A DNA stretch of 58,769 nucleotides from an uncultured virus (IMG/VR IMGVR_UViG_3300027749_003369) (Duplodnaviria > Heunggongvirae > Uroviricota > Caudoviricetes). This document shows, piece after piece, positions 39,301 to 47,720 of this stretch. The translations under genes were made by a program, and so were the position numbers. Position 1 is the first letter of the stretch; the number at the start of each line of letters is the position of its first letter. Below the pieces are notes generated by a model. The model was not told where the DNA came from, searched no databases, and saw nothing but the letters and a program-made list of their open reading frames with translations. The DNA is taken from IMG/VR virus record IMGVR_UViG_3300027749_003369; one strand, given 5' to 3'.

Positions 39301-39455
39301 CAGCATTGAACGATAATACATTTAATGAATACAAATATACAGCAAGTAATATTACAGGATTTACAGCATTTCAAATTAAAATAGTATTAAAAGGAACTAA
39401 TTCATCATATCCTCCAATTGTAAAAGATTTAAGAGGAATTGCATTAGCACTGTAG
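33360..39455 (+). CDS. large baseplate-associated virion protein (VrlC/DUF4815-like)
   Basis: PYFDDY...VLFRPG.AVQARELTQ.QS, GKAYVKGYE, RYTMRDIG.LE.RI, RFKNGFIVDNF, DPIAQTF. Confidence 0.85.
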   Translation: MPSPTDFNQSPYFDDYNQDKKFHRVLFRPGYAVQARELTQSQSILQNQVERISDHLFQKGAMIIPGEIGFDLNYYAVKLTSKTYSDISSYVGKKLTGVSSGVVATCINAVATDGTDPDTLYVKYSSTGTNNSSIVFSNDETINATEIDGVTTLATAVVNTTATGSAANIAAGVYYINGFHVSVLEQTIILNKYTNTPSYRIGLEIEDSVVTPNDDSSLNDNAQGSSNFNAPGAWRFKIDLILSKRTLASTEDANFVELLRLSNGIRQNQVTSTAYNVLEDTLARRTYDESGDYTVKDFDIDMREHLLTGNNRGIYTSPTGDANLLAAGLSPGKAYVKGYEIEKIGTTYVEIDKARDYATENNFKTRFNLQNYVNVTNVYGTPDIGYFSGDVEAFKNVNLFDTATSARGTQQSTTGAKVPQIGRAKSKGFELNNGTASSFIFASSSLTSAVYKQYLFDIEMFTHLNVTTAPSFTDGEKITGSTSGAYGYKQSITSTKSATISAVTKANPGVVTATAHTFKEGQQVTISSVGGMTQLNGNVYTVRNPATDTFELYSTDGTTKVDTSGYTTYTSGGTATHGVIVLNNVTGTFIAGETITGATSSVTAVIQSNAVNFKGVQKFDFSQVKQIGMAGSPTFTADTSTDATYGESYQLYGNFSIANSGTTVTGFGTLFTTELRIGDSVTFTNDAGSSVTRIVESITSNTNLEFSVAVGGSDVSTKTTGFRKRTLLQGSNLNTSIFKLPYKRIKTLKTTSNNGSSDTSLYIRRHFTATLSSGSATINSGTNETFVSLTEKDFSVSVMTGAGSGTTGDVLSLSGNNGNGNPIFTLGGSPTGKTLTLDFGSAYSNSKIKILATVSRSVTNEKSKTLNAGVTTAISNQTTIQSGVIGLGKADIYKINSIYMSPDFSTPATTSHTDVTSRFNLDNGQRDNFYDIGRIKLKTGAITPTGRLLINFDYFSHGSGDYFSVDSYSSVIDYTNIQSYTSDTTGTVYDLRDCLDFRPRVDDASTVTSATQDRQYSGLGASIIDVVQFNSDVTADFEYYLPRVDKIFLDKDGNFKVSQGSSSLNPQLPKNIDNAMQIATVFLNAYTLSITDLSIQKVDNKRYTMRDIGRLESRIANVEYYTQLSLLESNAQSLQIQDAEGFDRFKNGFIVDNFTGHGVGDVTNLDYKVAMDMANGLMRPTYNSDSVKFIEAASDGTTITEQKRTLNNYQKTGDLITLPYTEVTTIEQPYASRYINVNPFNVFTWAGSVNLDPSSDEWKETNRVPDLVINQQGSFDTMVANLGNPNLKDIEVSTVWNEWQDFWAGTPVETTSAGDAYRGRNAEAGNGRGAGGWTVLARDITTTTTQQISQTRTGIRTAIVPQIVQTSLGDRVLSVAFIPFIRSRTINFTATRLKPNTRVYPYFDNVSISSYITPTGGSLGGNLITDSNGAVSGTFTIPDPTNDSNPRWRTGTRVFRLTSSSTNDMTEVETSAESNYVAQGSLETVQGSVISTRNAQTVRQTVTDTQNIVRASTRTTQEIIQWIDPIAQTFLIDDTGGVFITSIETYFKSKDANIPVTMQIREVVNGYPSRTLVPFGEVVLNPSQVNISDDATVATKFTFPSPVYLQEKTEYSFCLLSNCNSYNAFVAGIGETQIGSDRTISENPYAGVLFKSQNGSTWTADQTTDIKFKINRAEFNNDIGTVTLVNNTLPTKILPNNSLRTTSSSGVIRVFHRNHGMHGTGNSVTISGVAAGTYNGIAHTAINGTYTSISNVTLDSYDITTAGTATASGDVGGTTVQVTQNRLFDVANLNIQTLTVPGTSIIYGMQTTSGKSIHGSETEFNLTTLSNALSIIPGSNIYFTAPQMVASQINETNHMSGSKSLFVNLSLYTDNTKVSPVIDTSRMSMVVVQNRLNSPTSGNTPNFIDATAPSGSSSAAIYVTRPVILENTSTAFDVRLTANVRSSSTIKVYYRVTGASEVRNITDLSWTPFNTDGSEDIAVTPALNDNTFNEYKYTASNITGFTAFQIKIVLKGTNSSYPPIVKDLRGIALAL

Positions 39456-39461
39456 GAATTT

Positions 39462-39680
39462 ATGAGATTAAAAGTAGAAGGTCATGATTCATTAGTTAGA
39501 GATGTTAGTTCTAATGCTATTATAAACACATCTAAAGCTGATTATGAACTTTATTTAAAAAGAGTTAAATCAAGAGAACAACAAAGTGATGAAATAAGAA
39601 ATGCGGTTAAAGAAATAAATACTTTAAAGACAGAGTTAGAAGAAATTAAAGTTTTATTGAAAGAGGTTTTAAAAAAATAA
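39462..39680 (+). CDS. small coiled-coil protein
   Basis: KVEGHDSLVRD..SNAIIN; typical after the VrlC-like gene. Confidence 0.75.
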   Translation: MRLKVEGHDSLVRDVSSNAIINTSKADYELYLKRVKSREQQSDEIRNAVKEINTLKTELEEIKVLLKEVLKK

Positions 39681-39683
39681 CAA

Positions 39684-41102
39684 ATGGCATATACAATAAT
39701 TAATACTACAGATACACTAGAACAAATGCGAGTTAAGCTAAACAACTTGACTACAAATGATTTTGGCAATCCTGCTTTATTGGCGCCAGCTGGTATTGCA
39801 TCAACTTCTATTGTTGGAGCTGTTGTTGAATTAGCAGCAATTGCTTATTCAGCTGCAGGTTGGACGATTAAAGATTCTGTAAATACTACACAAGGTATTG
39901 GTTCTGGAGAAACATTAACCGTATTAGGTACTACAAATCAAATTAATGCTGTTGTAAGTGCAACGGATACTTTAACTTTAAGTTTACCTACAAATGTAGT
40001 TATATCAGGTTATTTTCAAGGCAGTAACTTTTCAACAAATTCAGGAAACATAACAGCAAATGGAACACTACACACTTTAGGTGATATAGAAATTTCTAAT
40101 GCAACAATTAGATCAATTGCAACTAGTTTGGTCACTATTAATGATTCTTTGACAGTATCGGGAACTACTCTTACAGCAAGCAATTATGTATCTTCAGGAA
40201 ACATAACTATCAATACAGATAAATTTGTAGTTACAGGTTCAAATGGTAATACTTCTATTAAAGGAACTTTAGGTGTAACTGGATTAACTACAAGTTCTGG
40301 ATTATATCTTTCTTCTGGTGCTATTGATTTTGAAGGTGCGACCAGTAATGCTTTTAAAACAACTTTGACGGTTGTTGATCCAACAGCAAATAGAACTCTT
40401 ACATTACCAAACGTAACAGGTACTATTGTTACTACAGGCGATGTTGGAACGGTTACAGGCACTATGATTGCTGATAGTACAATTATAAATGCTGATATTG
40501 CCGATAATACGATTAGAGGTGCAAAATTAAATGTATCTTCTGATAATGTAACATTTGGAACAGTTACAGCTTCTACATTTACTGGAACGGCATCTATTGC
40601 ATCCACTATTTCTTTGACCGCTGATAATAGTTCAAACACGACAAATTATTTAACTTTTTCTTCTACTGCTACAGGAAACCAAAGTTTAAAAACAGATACG
40701 GATTTAAATTATAATCCTTCTACTAATGTTTTAAATACCACGGCTACTGCAGCAAGATATGCCGATTTAGCCGAGATTTATGAAACGGATGAAGAATATG
40801 AAGTTGGTACTGTTATAATGATTGGTGGAGAAAAAGAAGTTACAAAATCTTTTGTTGGTTGTAGAGCAATTGGTGTTATATCAGAAAGACCTGCTTTTTT
40901 GATGAACGCAGAAGGAAAAGGTCAACCAGTTGCATTAAAAGGTCGTGTTAAAGTAAAAGTTTCAGGTCCTGTTAAAAAAGGAGATGAATTGGTTGCTGGT
41001 AATGACGGTTATGCTGCTACTATTAGTGAAGAATTTACAAAAGTATTTGCGATAGCATTAGAAGATAATGACAAAGGCTTAATCGAGGCAATTATACTAT
41101 AA
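39684..41102 (+). CDS. tail fibre with C-terminal intramolecular chaperone (peptidase G2/IMC-like)
   Basis: Thr/Ser/Gly-rich beta repeats; ARYADLAEIY, PAFLMN, VALKGRVKVKV.GPVKKGD. Confidence 0.82.
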   Translation: MAYTIINTTDTLEQMRVKLNNLTTNDFGNPALLAPAGIASTSIVGAVVELAAIAYSAAGWTIKDSVNTTQGIGSGETLTVLGTTNQINAVVSATDTLTLSLPTNVVISGYFQGSNFSTNSGNITANGTLHTLGDIEISNATIRSIATSLVTINDSLTVSGTTLTASNYVSSGNITINTDKFVVTGSNGNTSIKGTLGVTGLTTSSGLYLSSGAIDFEGATSNAFKTTLTVVDPTANRTLTLPNVTGTIVTTGDVGTVTGTMIADSTIINADIADNTIRGAKLNVSSDNVTFGTVTASTFTGTASIASTISLTADNSSNTTNYLTFSSTATGNQSLKTDTDLNYNPSTNVLNTTATAARYADLAEIYETDEEYEVGTVIMIGGEKEVTKSFVGCRAIGVISERPAFLMNAEGKGQPVALKGRVKVKVSGPVKKGDELVAGNDGYAATISEEFTKVFAIALEDNDKGLIEAIIL

Positions 41103-41112
41103 TTTAATCGTA

Positions 41113-41119
41113 CTAAATA
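41113..41119 (+). promoter_or_regulatory. possible late promoter variant heading the radical SAM cluster
   Basis: CTAAATA 7 nt before ATG 41127; the same variant precedes iscA (19111). Confidence 0.45.
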
Positions 41120-41126
41120 TTACAGT

Positions 41127-41576
41127 ATGATTGATGCTTTAACTGATGAAATTATGTCTTTTTCAAGATACGAAAACAATCAAATAATTTATATAGATAA
41201 AGAAGGTAAAGACTATAAAGTTAAAGAAGAAATAACTTATGGTACTTGGATCAAAACTTACAAAGATATTTCTCATATAAAAGTTGAAGGTTTAGAAGAT
41301 AAATCATTTCATTTAAAAATATTAAAAGATTTTAAATTAAATCATAAAGTAAATAGTGTTCATTTGTTTTACAATCAATATGGTGGATTTTCTTTTCCTG
41401 AACATGCAGATGACACAAACGTTCTTTTATATGTTGTAAAAGGTTCTAAAAAAGTATATGTAGATAATCATCCAATTATGTTAAAAGAGGAACAAATGAT
41501 TTTTATACCAAAAGGTGTAAAACATAAAGTTGATAGTTCCGAAAACACTTGGGCATTAAGTATAGGATTTAATTAA
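41127..41576 (+). CDS. JmjC/cupin-type oxygenase
   Basis: SFPEHAD...GSKK...FIPKGVKHKV (HxD..H). Confidence 0.8.
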   Translation: MIDALTDEIMSFSRYENNQIIYIDKEGKDYKVKEEITYGTWIKTYKDISHIKVEGLEDKSFHLKILKDFKLNHKVNSVHLFYNQYGGFSFPEHADDTNVLLYVVKGSKKVYVDNHPIMLKEEQMIFIPKGVKHKVDSSENTWALSIGFN

Positions 41577-42613
41577 TGAATTGGATGTTTTATTTAAAGA
41601 CGACTGAAACTTGTCAACTAAATTGCAAACACTGTTTTACTAGTGGTATAAATGGTAAAAAGATTTACTTTGATCATTTCAAAACAATAGATTTTATAAA
41701 AAGATTTAGACAATATTTTAATAAAGATACAGATTCAATTCATTTAGATTTTCATGGGGGTGAACCTTTTTTGGCACCAGTATCTCATATGAATAAAGTA
41801 TATGAAGAATGTAAAGATTTGTGGCCTAATATGTCATGGGGCATAACTTCAAATCTTGTTTTAAAATTAAAAGAAGAGCACTACCAATTTATAAAAGGTC
41901 CATTAAACAATAGAATAGGAACTAGTTGGGATCCTAAAATACGTTTTGAAAATGATACTCAATACAATTTGTGGGAAAAAAACGTAAAAGATTTATTAAA
42001 TAAAGGTGCCACAATTAAATTGTTTATTAGTGTAACTAAAGATACTATTGCTATGGAACCTATTGAATTATTAAAATGGATTAAAGAATTGGGTGTACAA
42101 GAAATATCATTTGAACGATTAACGGGTAATGGTAACGCAAAATTACATCCTGAGATATTTCCCAACAATATAGAACAAGATAAGTGGTTTCTAAAAATGC
42201 ACCATCAATCCAAAGAGTTTAATTGTAGGAGTTGGTTTGATAATGATACTTTAGAAATTATATACAGTAAATTTGAAAAAGGATTTTTAAAAGGAGGTAC
42301 GTTTTGCCGAGATTGCGAACAAAAAATATTCACAATAAATGCCGATGGAACAATATCAGGGTGCCCCAATTCTGCACCAGAGTTCTCTTATGGTACAATA
42401 AATGATGATATACAAACCATTATAAATAGTCCAGTTAGAATAGAAAACATTGCTTGTGAAACGGCAAGAAATCCAATATGTTTTTCTTGTGAAGTTTTTG
42501 AGTTTTGTGGAGGTGATTGCCACCAACTTGCTTGGCAAGATGATATATGTGGTGCACCTAAAAGTCTAATGAAGGAACTAAAAGGCAATATAAAATATGA
42601 CAACATTAACTAA
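41576..42613 (+). CDS. radical SAM/SPASM protein
   Basis: CQLNCKHC, FHGGEP, C-terminal CFSCEVFEFCGGDC. Confidence 0.93.
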   Translation: MNWMFYLKTTETCQLNCKHCFTSGINGKKIYFDHFKTIDFIKRFRQYFNKDTDSIHLDFHGGEPFLAPVSHMNKVYEECKDLWPNMSWGITSNLVLKLKEEHYQFIKGPLNNRIGTSWDPKIRFENDTQYNLWEKNVKDLLNKGATIKLFISVTKDTIAMEPIELLKWIKELGVQEISFERLTGNGNAKLHPEIFPNNIEQDKWFLKMHHQSKEFNCRSWFDNDTLEIIYSKFEKGFLKGGTFCRDCEQKIFTINADGTISGCPNSAPEFSYGTINDDIQTIINSPVRIENIACETARNPICFSCEVFEFCGGDCHQLAWQDDICGAPKSLMKELKGNIKYDNIN

Positions 42614-43169
42614 TCCAATAACACCACAAAATATAGTGGATAGATTTAAAGATTTTGTAACTGATACGGCAAATTCGACTATTATTTGGGGAACAAATAA
42701 TAAACCTTTTTCTCAAATGCCTGATGCCACGTTTGCAGGTACAACTGATGGAACTACGATAACAGCTACAGGTTCTTCTATAGGTTCTACAGGAAACACC
42801 ATTACAGCTTCTAATATTGTAAATGCTTTACTTACAGAAACAGCTCTTTATACTAACATAAGAAATTTAAGAGCAGTATTAAATGTGGTTCTTAGTTATT
42901 ATGGTGGTAATTATCCTGGTGGTGGTGGAGTAATTTATGATCAAACTGCAAAAGCATATTTAAATACTGATTATAGACAAACGTTAAATACTGTTGCCTC
43001 TACAAATGTGGAATCAGAGAAAATAATATCAGCAACAAATTTAGAAACATTTTTTACAAATTTACAAACGGAGTATAGTACACAATCGGTTAATACTGCA
43101 ACAATACAGGTGGACGTATGTCATGCGAGTTGTCATGGAAATTGCCACAGCAACAGAGGAAGAAGATAA
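42597..43169 (+). CDS. Thr-rich virion-like protein with C-terminal (CHxx)3 tail; candidate modification substrate
   Basis: Ends VDVCHASCHGNCHSNRGRR; no Cys or His elsewhere in the protein. Confidence 0.75.
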   Translation: MTTLTNPITPQNIVDRFKDFVTDTANSTIIWGTNNKPFSQMPDATFAGTTDGTTITATGSSIGSTGNTITASNIVNALLTETALYTNIRNLRAVLNVVLSYYGGNYPGGGGVIYDQTAKAYLNTDYRQTLNTVASTNVESEKIISATNLETFFTNLQTEYSTQSVNTATIQVDVCHASCHGNCHSNRGRR

Positions 43170-43861
43170 TGCAAACAATTGAAACAACAGCACCAATATC
43201 GATAGAAAATTTAAAAAAGTATTTTACAAATAAAGATACTTTTTATGTTATAGATTACACTAAGAGTGAAATGAAAGGTTCTAAATTGTTAACATATCTA
43301 AGTAATTTAGATTTACCTGTAGATATAAAAGAACCGGATTTAGAATTAATAAAAGATTATTTTAATAGTATTTCATTAGTAAATATTAATTCATTAGAAA
43401 ATATTACAATTAATGTTTTGTTACAGTACAAAGGTTTAGTTAAAGAAGATAATTATAAAAATTTCATTCAAGAAAATAAAGAAATAATTTCTAAATGGTC
43501 TGATAAGTTGGATAGTTTAACAATATTCAATGCGTATATGGTAAATTCTGATTTACTAAAAAATTATGCACAAACTTTTCCTAAAGATGAAACAAAAGAT
43601 TTAACAGGTGTAAATTTTTTAAGTTTATTAAAACATGAAAGATTTTATTCATTTTATAATGTATTAAATAAAAATTTAAAATTTTATACTCATTATTTTA
43701 CTGATTATATGTTTAGAGGTAGAAATTTGTTTAGTTTTTGGGGCAATCCAAACAATCCAATGTTTTTATTAACACTAGCAATATCTCAAGGTAAAAATAA
43801 AGATTATATAACAGCAAAACAACAAGATAAGGAAATAATAAAAAATGTTGCATCTATTTAG
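43169..43861 (+). CDS. hypothetical protein of the radical SAM cluster
   Basis: MQTIETTAPI..., TAATG-coupled to the previous gene (ORF track 43118..43861). Confidence 0.75.
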   Translation: MQTIETTAPISIENLKKYFTNKDTFYVIDYTKSEMKGSKLLTYLSNLDLPVDIKEPDLELIKDYFNSISLVNINSLENITINVLLQYKGLVKEDNYKNFIQENKEIISKWSDKLDSLTIFNAYMVNSDLLKNYAQTFPKDETKDLTGVNFLSLLKHERFYSFYNVLNKNLKFYTHYFTDYMFRGRNLFSFWGNPNNPMFLLTLAISQGKNKDYITAKQQDKEIIKNVASI

Positions 43862-45002
43862 AAAAATTTATTTAGAACACGATATTAATATAGATTTGGA
43901 TAAAGATAGAATAGTTGTTTCTGAACAATGTGGCGTGCCTAATTGGAATGTATTAGATACAATTGGACTTGGACAACTTATATTTTATGGTAAAAATTTG
44001 GATAATTTAAATACTCCGGTTTCTTTTCTTGAATTGCTTAATATACTCAATGAAAGAACAAAAGAAAATAATAAACCTATTTACATATATGCTGATAAAA
44101 ATAATTATTATAAAATATTAAGTCTTTGGTATAAAATTATATTACCTAATGCCACGGTTAATGATGTTATAAGTTTTGTAAAACTATTTTTTGATTATAA
44201 AAATTTTTGGAAAATATCAAGATTTTATAATTTCAAAAAAATTTGGTCTACATCGCCTGATTGGTTATTTGATAGAAATAAATTAGAAACTGAATATAAT
44301 TCTTTAATAATTAATCGTGATGATTATGAAACTTTTATTAATGAAAATGTTGGAAAATTTAATATAGAATTATTATTAGCTTCTTATTTATATAATGGTT
44401 CGAGAAAAGAAGAATTGAAAGCAATTATGATTCCTCTGTTAAGAGAAGAACTTTCAAAATCTTTATATGGAATAAGAGAACATTTTACTTACTGCTTACT
44501 TAATAAAAAATTTTTAGAAAAACTGGGAATTGTACATACTATTGATATTAATAATATTTTAGATATTCTTGAATACGATAATCCTATAATTAAAACATTT
44601 TATCAAAATAATTCTGTTTGGAAATTAAATTTTTTATCTCACGCTGCTTATGACATTATGAATAATTGGGGGTCTGATTCTATGATTTCTTTCGAAAATA
44701 TTACAGATGAAGATATTTTTAATATTAAACAATTTTTAATAAATATTGGAATTTCAGAAACAGATTCGGCTGGTATGGAATGGCGTTATTTGTTAGATCT
44801 TATTCCTCTTGTTAAGTCTAATACAATAACTGATGAACAATTAGATCAATTAATAAATCATCAAGAATCACAAGAAAGCTTAGTTACCACTGGTACTTTT
44901 TATAGCATAAGTTTTCCTACAGTTAATACTTACTTTGTGCAACATATTTTTAATCAATTTAATGAAGATAATACAGAAATTTTGGCTCCATATGTTATAT
45001 AA
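43845..45002 (+). CDS. hypothetical protein of the radical SAM cluster
   Basis: 385-aa ORF, coupled; no motif recognised. Confidence 0.75.
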   Translation: MLHLFRKIYLEHDINIDLDKDRIVVSEQCGVPNWNVLDTIGLGQLIFYGKNLDNLNTPVSFLELLNILNERTKENNKPIYIYADKNNYYKILSLWYKIILPNATVNDVISFVKLFFDYKNFWKISRFYNFKKIWSTSPDWLFDRNKLETEYNSLIINRDDYETFINENVGKFNIELLLASYLYNGSRKEELKAIMIPLLREELSKSLYGIREHFTYCLLNKKFLEKLGIVHTIDINNILDILEYDNPIIKTFYQNNSVWKLNFLSHAAYDIMNNWGSDSMISFENITDEDIFNIKQFLINIGISETDSAGMEWRYLLDLIPLVKSNTITDEQLDQLINHQESQESLVTTGTFYSISFPTVNTYFVQHIFNQFNEDNTEILAPYVI

Positions 45003-45004
45003 AG

Positions 45005-46039
45005 GTGAAAATGCAAGAAGATATATCATTCTACAAATTAATAGATAATAAAGTTATAGACTGGTCTGAAATTGTTTTATGTTTATTTGAACATTGCAAT
45101 TTATCATGTGCTTTTTGCCCACAAGATCATTCAAGTATATTGGGTGCCTCAGAAGAAGAAATCTTAAATAAAGTTCCAACAATAACCCGTTACATTGAAC
45201 GAAACGATAGATCAAAACATTTCATAATAAACACTATGGGTGGTGAACTGTTACAAGATACATGGACAGATAAAGGCTTCTTAGATATATATTCTAAATT
45301 TGTAAAACAAGTTAGAGAAAAAGTTTCTTCTGATAAAACTGTTGTATTTAATTTTGTTACCAATCTTGTATTTGATAAAACAGATTTAATCGTAGATTTT
45401 ATTAAAAAAAATAATATCATATTATCAGTTTCTTATGACATTGTAGGTAGATTTAATACACCTGCATTAGAAACTTTTAAAAAAAATATAGATATTCTTA
45501 AATCACATATTAAAATGATAAGTTGTGTTTTGACAAAACAGAACATTGAAAAAATAGTTGCTGGTGATGAATACTTTGATTATCTATATAATAATTTTGA
45601 AATACATTTTGATTCATTATTACCAAGTGTAACTAGAAAAACAAATGTCTTTATGATGCCTGCTGAATCAGAAACATTTAAATTCTATAAACTATGTGTT
45701 GACAAATATCCTAAAATGTTAAACATAGAACCATTCTTAAATGGCAAAACAAATAATAGGATGGGTTGCACTAAAGGCAACAGTTTAACAGTAATGCCTG
45801 ATGGTAGTATACCAAAAGGCTGTTCTGGTGCAGTGTTATTACAAGATTCAAATACAAAAGATTTGAGTGGTACTAAAATTATTGAAAACTTTATGAAAAA
45901 ATATAATTGTTTTGAATGTGAGTTTTTTCAAAGATGTCCTTTTACCTGCTTTATAAAACAAGATTTTAAATTTATTGAACATGATATGAACGAATGTGTG
46001 TTTAAGGAAACATTTAGGTATGCTGATTCAAAAAAATAA
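45005..46039 (+). CDS. radical SAM protein with C-terminal Cys cluster
   Basis: CNLSCAFC, MGGE, CFECEFFQRCPFTC. Confidence 0.9.
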   Translation: MKMQEDISFYKLIDNKVIDWSEIVLCLFEHCNLSCAFCPQDHSSILGASEEEILNKVPTITRYIERNDRSKHFIINTMGGELLQDTWTDKGFLDIYSKFVKQVREKVSSDKTVVFNFVTNLVFDKTDLIVDFIKKNNIILSVSYDIVGRFNTPALETFKKNIDILKSHIKMISCVLTKQNIEKIVAGDEYFDYLYNNFEIHFDSLLPSVTRKTNVFMMPAESETFKFYKLCVDKYPKMLNIEPFLNGKTNNRMGCTKGNSLTVMPDGSIPKGCSGAVLLQDSNTKDLSGTKIIENFMKKYNCFECEFFQRCPFTCFIKQDFKFIEHDMNECVFKETFRYADSKK

Positions 46040-47720
46040 AATAGCATTTATAAATCCACCACATACTGATTGGAGTTTAGCAAATAATTTAACTTATTTG
46101 CTGATACAAAGTCATTATAGAAGATTTGGTAAATATTATGATAAATTTGAATGGTTAGAAGCTCCTTATAAATTTAATAAGTACAAAGATATAAAAGATA
46201 TATACAATGAAATTCCTAATGCAGACATTTATTTAATTAGTAGTTATGTATGGAATTATGATATATGTGATTTGTTTGCTCAACATGTTAAAAAAATAAA
46301 CAAAAATGCTTTATGTATATTAGGCGGTCCACATATAGGTACAAATGAACCTGAGTTTTTAAAATCAAGAAAATTTTATGATTTTATATGTCAACCTACA
46401 AAACCTGGTGAAGTTTTTATAGAAGATTTTCTAAATTCTTATATAGACAATAACGGCAAAGTTAATAAAGAAGATATCAGTTGGGAAATGAATAGTACAA
46501 AACAAACTAAATGTGGCCTGCCTGATTATTCAATATATGAAGAACATTTTGATTATGTAAAAAAAATATGCAATTATTCAAAAGAACATAAAATGGAAGC
46601 ATTTATTGTATTAGAAACTACAAGAGGTTGTCCATACAAATGTGTGTATTGTGAATGGGGTGGCGGATTAGATACTAAAATTATAAAGAAAAAAGTAGAT
46701 ATTGCTAAGAGAGATATTTCTGCTATGAAGCGTGCTGGTTATACAAGTGCATTTTTAACAGATGCAAATTTTGGAGCTTTTGAAGAAAGAGATTTAGAAA
46801 TATTTAAATTCGCATGGCAACAAGGAGTGCATTTAACAGATATATCTACAATGAAATCTAAAGATTTAAATAGAAGAAAAAAGTTAGTTGATTGTTGGTT
46901 TGAAATAGTAGGACCTAGAGTTGAACCTAAAAATTCTAAACAAAGTAAAAATTTTGAATATTGGAACTTAAATGAGGTTGATAATTATATTTCTATTGTT
47001 CCTACTGTTTCAATTCAAAGTATATCTGATGAAGCAATGAAAGTTGCTAAAAGAGTTGATTTATCATCTAAAGATAAAATAGAACTGAGTAAACATATAG
47101 AAAAACAATGTAGAGAAAAAGGTTATCCTGTACCATCACTAGAATTAATATTAGGAATGCCTGGTTCAACATTAAAAGATTTTTATGATGAAATGGAAAT
47201 TATATGGAATTTTAAAGCACTTAGTAATAACAGACACGATTATATATTATTGCCAGATAGTTATATAAGCAAAAAAGAATATTTGGAACAATATAAAATT
47301 CAACCTGTAAAAGTATATACTGATTTGGTAGATGATTCTGGTGTAGACAATGTACATAGTTTATATAAACAAAAACAAAATTATTTCTATACAATACAAA
47401 GTTGTTATAGTTTTACCAAAGAAGAAATGTACGAAATGTTTTTTATGAATCAAGCTTGTAATAAATTATTAGAATTGATATATCCAATGTTTGAAGAAAA
47501 ATTAACACCTGGTAATTTTTGTAAAGAATGTTTTGCTATAATAAAAGAATTACCTGAGTATAGTAAAATAAATAATTATATTATAGATTTATACGATATT
47601 AATACTCCTCCAAAAAGTATTAAAAAAATAAATGGAAGATTTAGAACTGAAATTATTGATGAAATGGTTTTAAATAATAAACATATTATAATAAGTGAGA
47701 TGTTTAAAAAATGGATTTAA
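46020..47720 (+). CDS. cobalamin-binding-domain radical SAM enzyme (class B-like)
   Basis: N-terminal SSYVWN...ILGGPH; ETTRGCPYKCVYCEWG; DANFG; ELILGMPG. Confidence 0.88.
   Translation: MLIQKNKIAFINPPHTDWSLANNLTYLLIQSHYRRFGKYYDKFEWLEAPYKFNKYKDIKDIYNEIPNADIYLISSYVWNYDICDLFAQHVKKINKNALCILGGPHIGTNEPEFLKSRKFYDFICQPTKPGEVFIEDFLNSYIDNNGKVNKEDISWEMNSTKQTKCGLPDYSIYEEHFDYVKKICNYSKEHKMEAFIVLETTRGCPYKCVYCEWGGGLDTKIIKKKVDIAKRDISAMKRAGYTSAFLTDANFGAFEERDLEIFKFAWQQGVHLTDISTMKSKDLNRRKKLVDCWFEIVGPRVEPKNSKQSKNFEYWNLNEVDNYISIVPTVSIQSISDEAMKVAKRVDLSSKDKIELSKHIEKQCREKGYPVPSLELILGMPGSTLKDFYDEMEIIWNFKALSNNRHDYILLPDSYISKKEYLEQYKIQPVKVYTDLVDDSGVDNVHSLYKQKQNYFYTIQSCYSFTKEEMYEMFFMNQACNKLLELIYPMFEEKLTPGNFCKECFAIIKELPEYSKINNYIIDLYDINTPPKSIKKINGRFRTEIIDEMVLNNKHIIISEMFKKWI

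Noticed and set aside
43119..43152. c-type heme-binding motif
   Set aside because: Spacing is Cx3CH rather than CxxCH and there is no signal peptide
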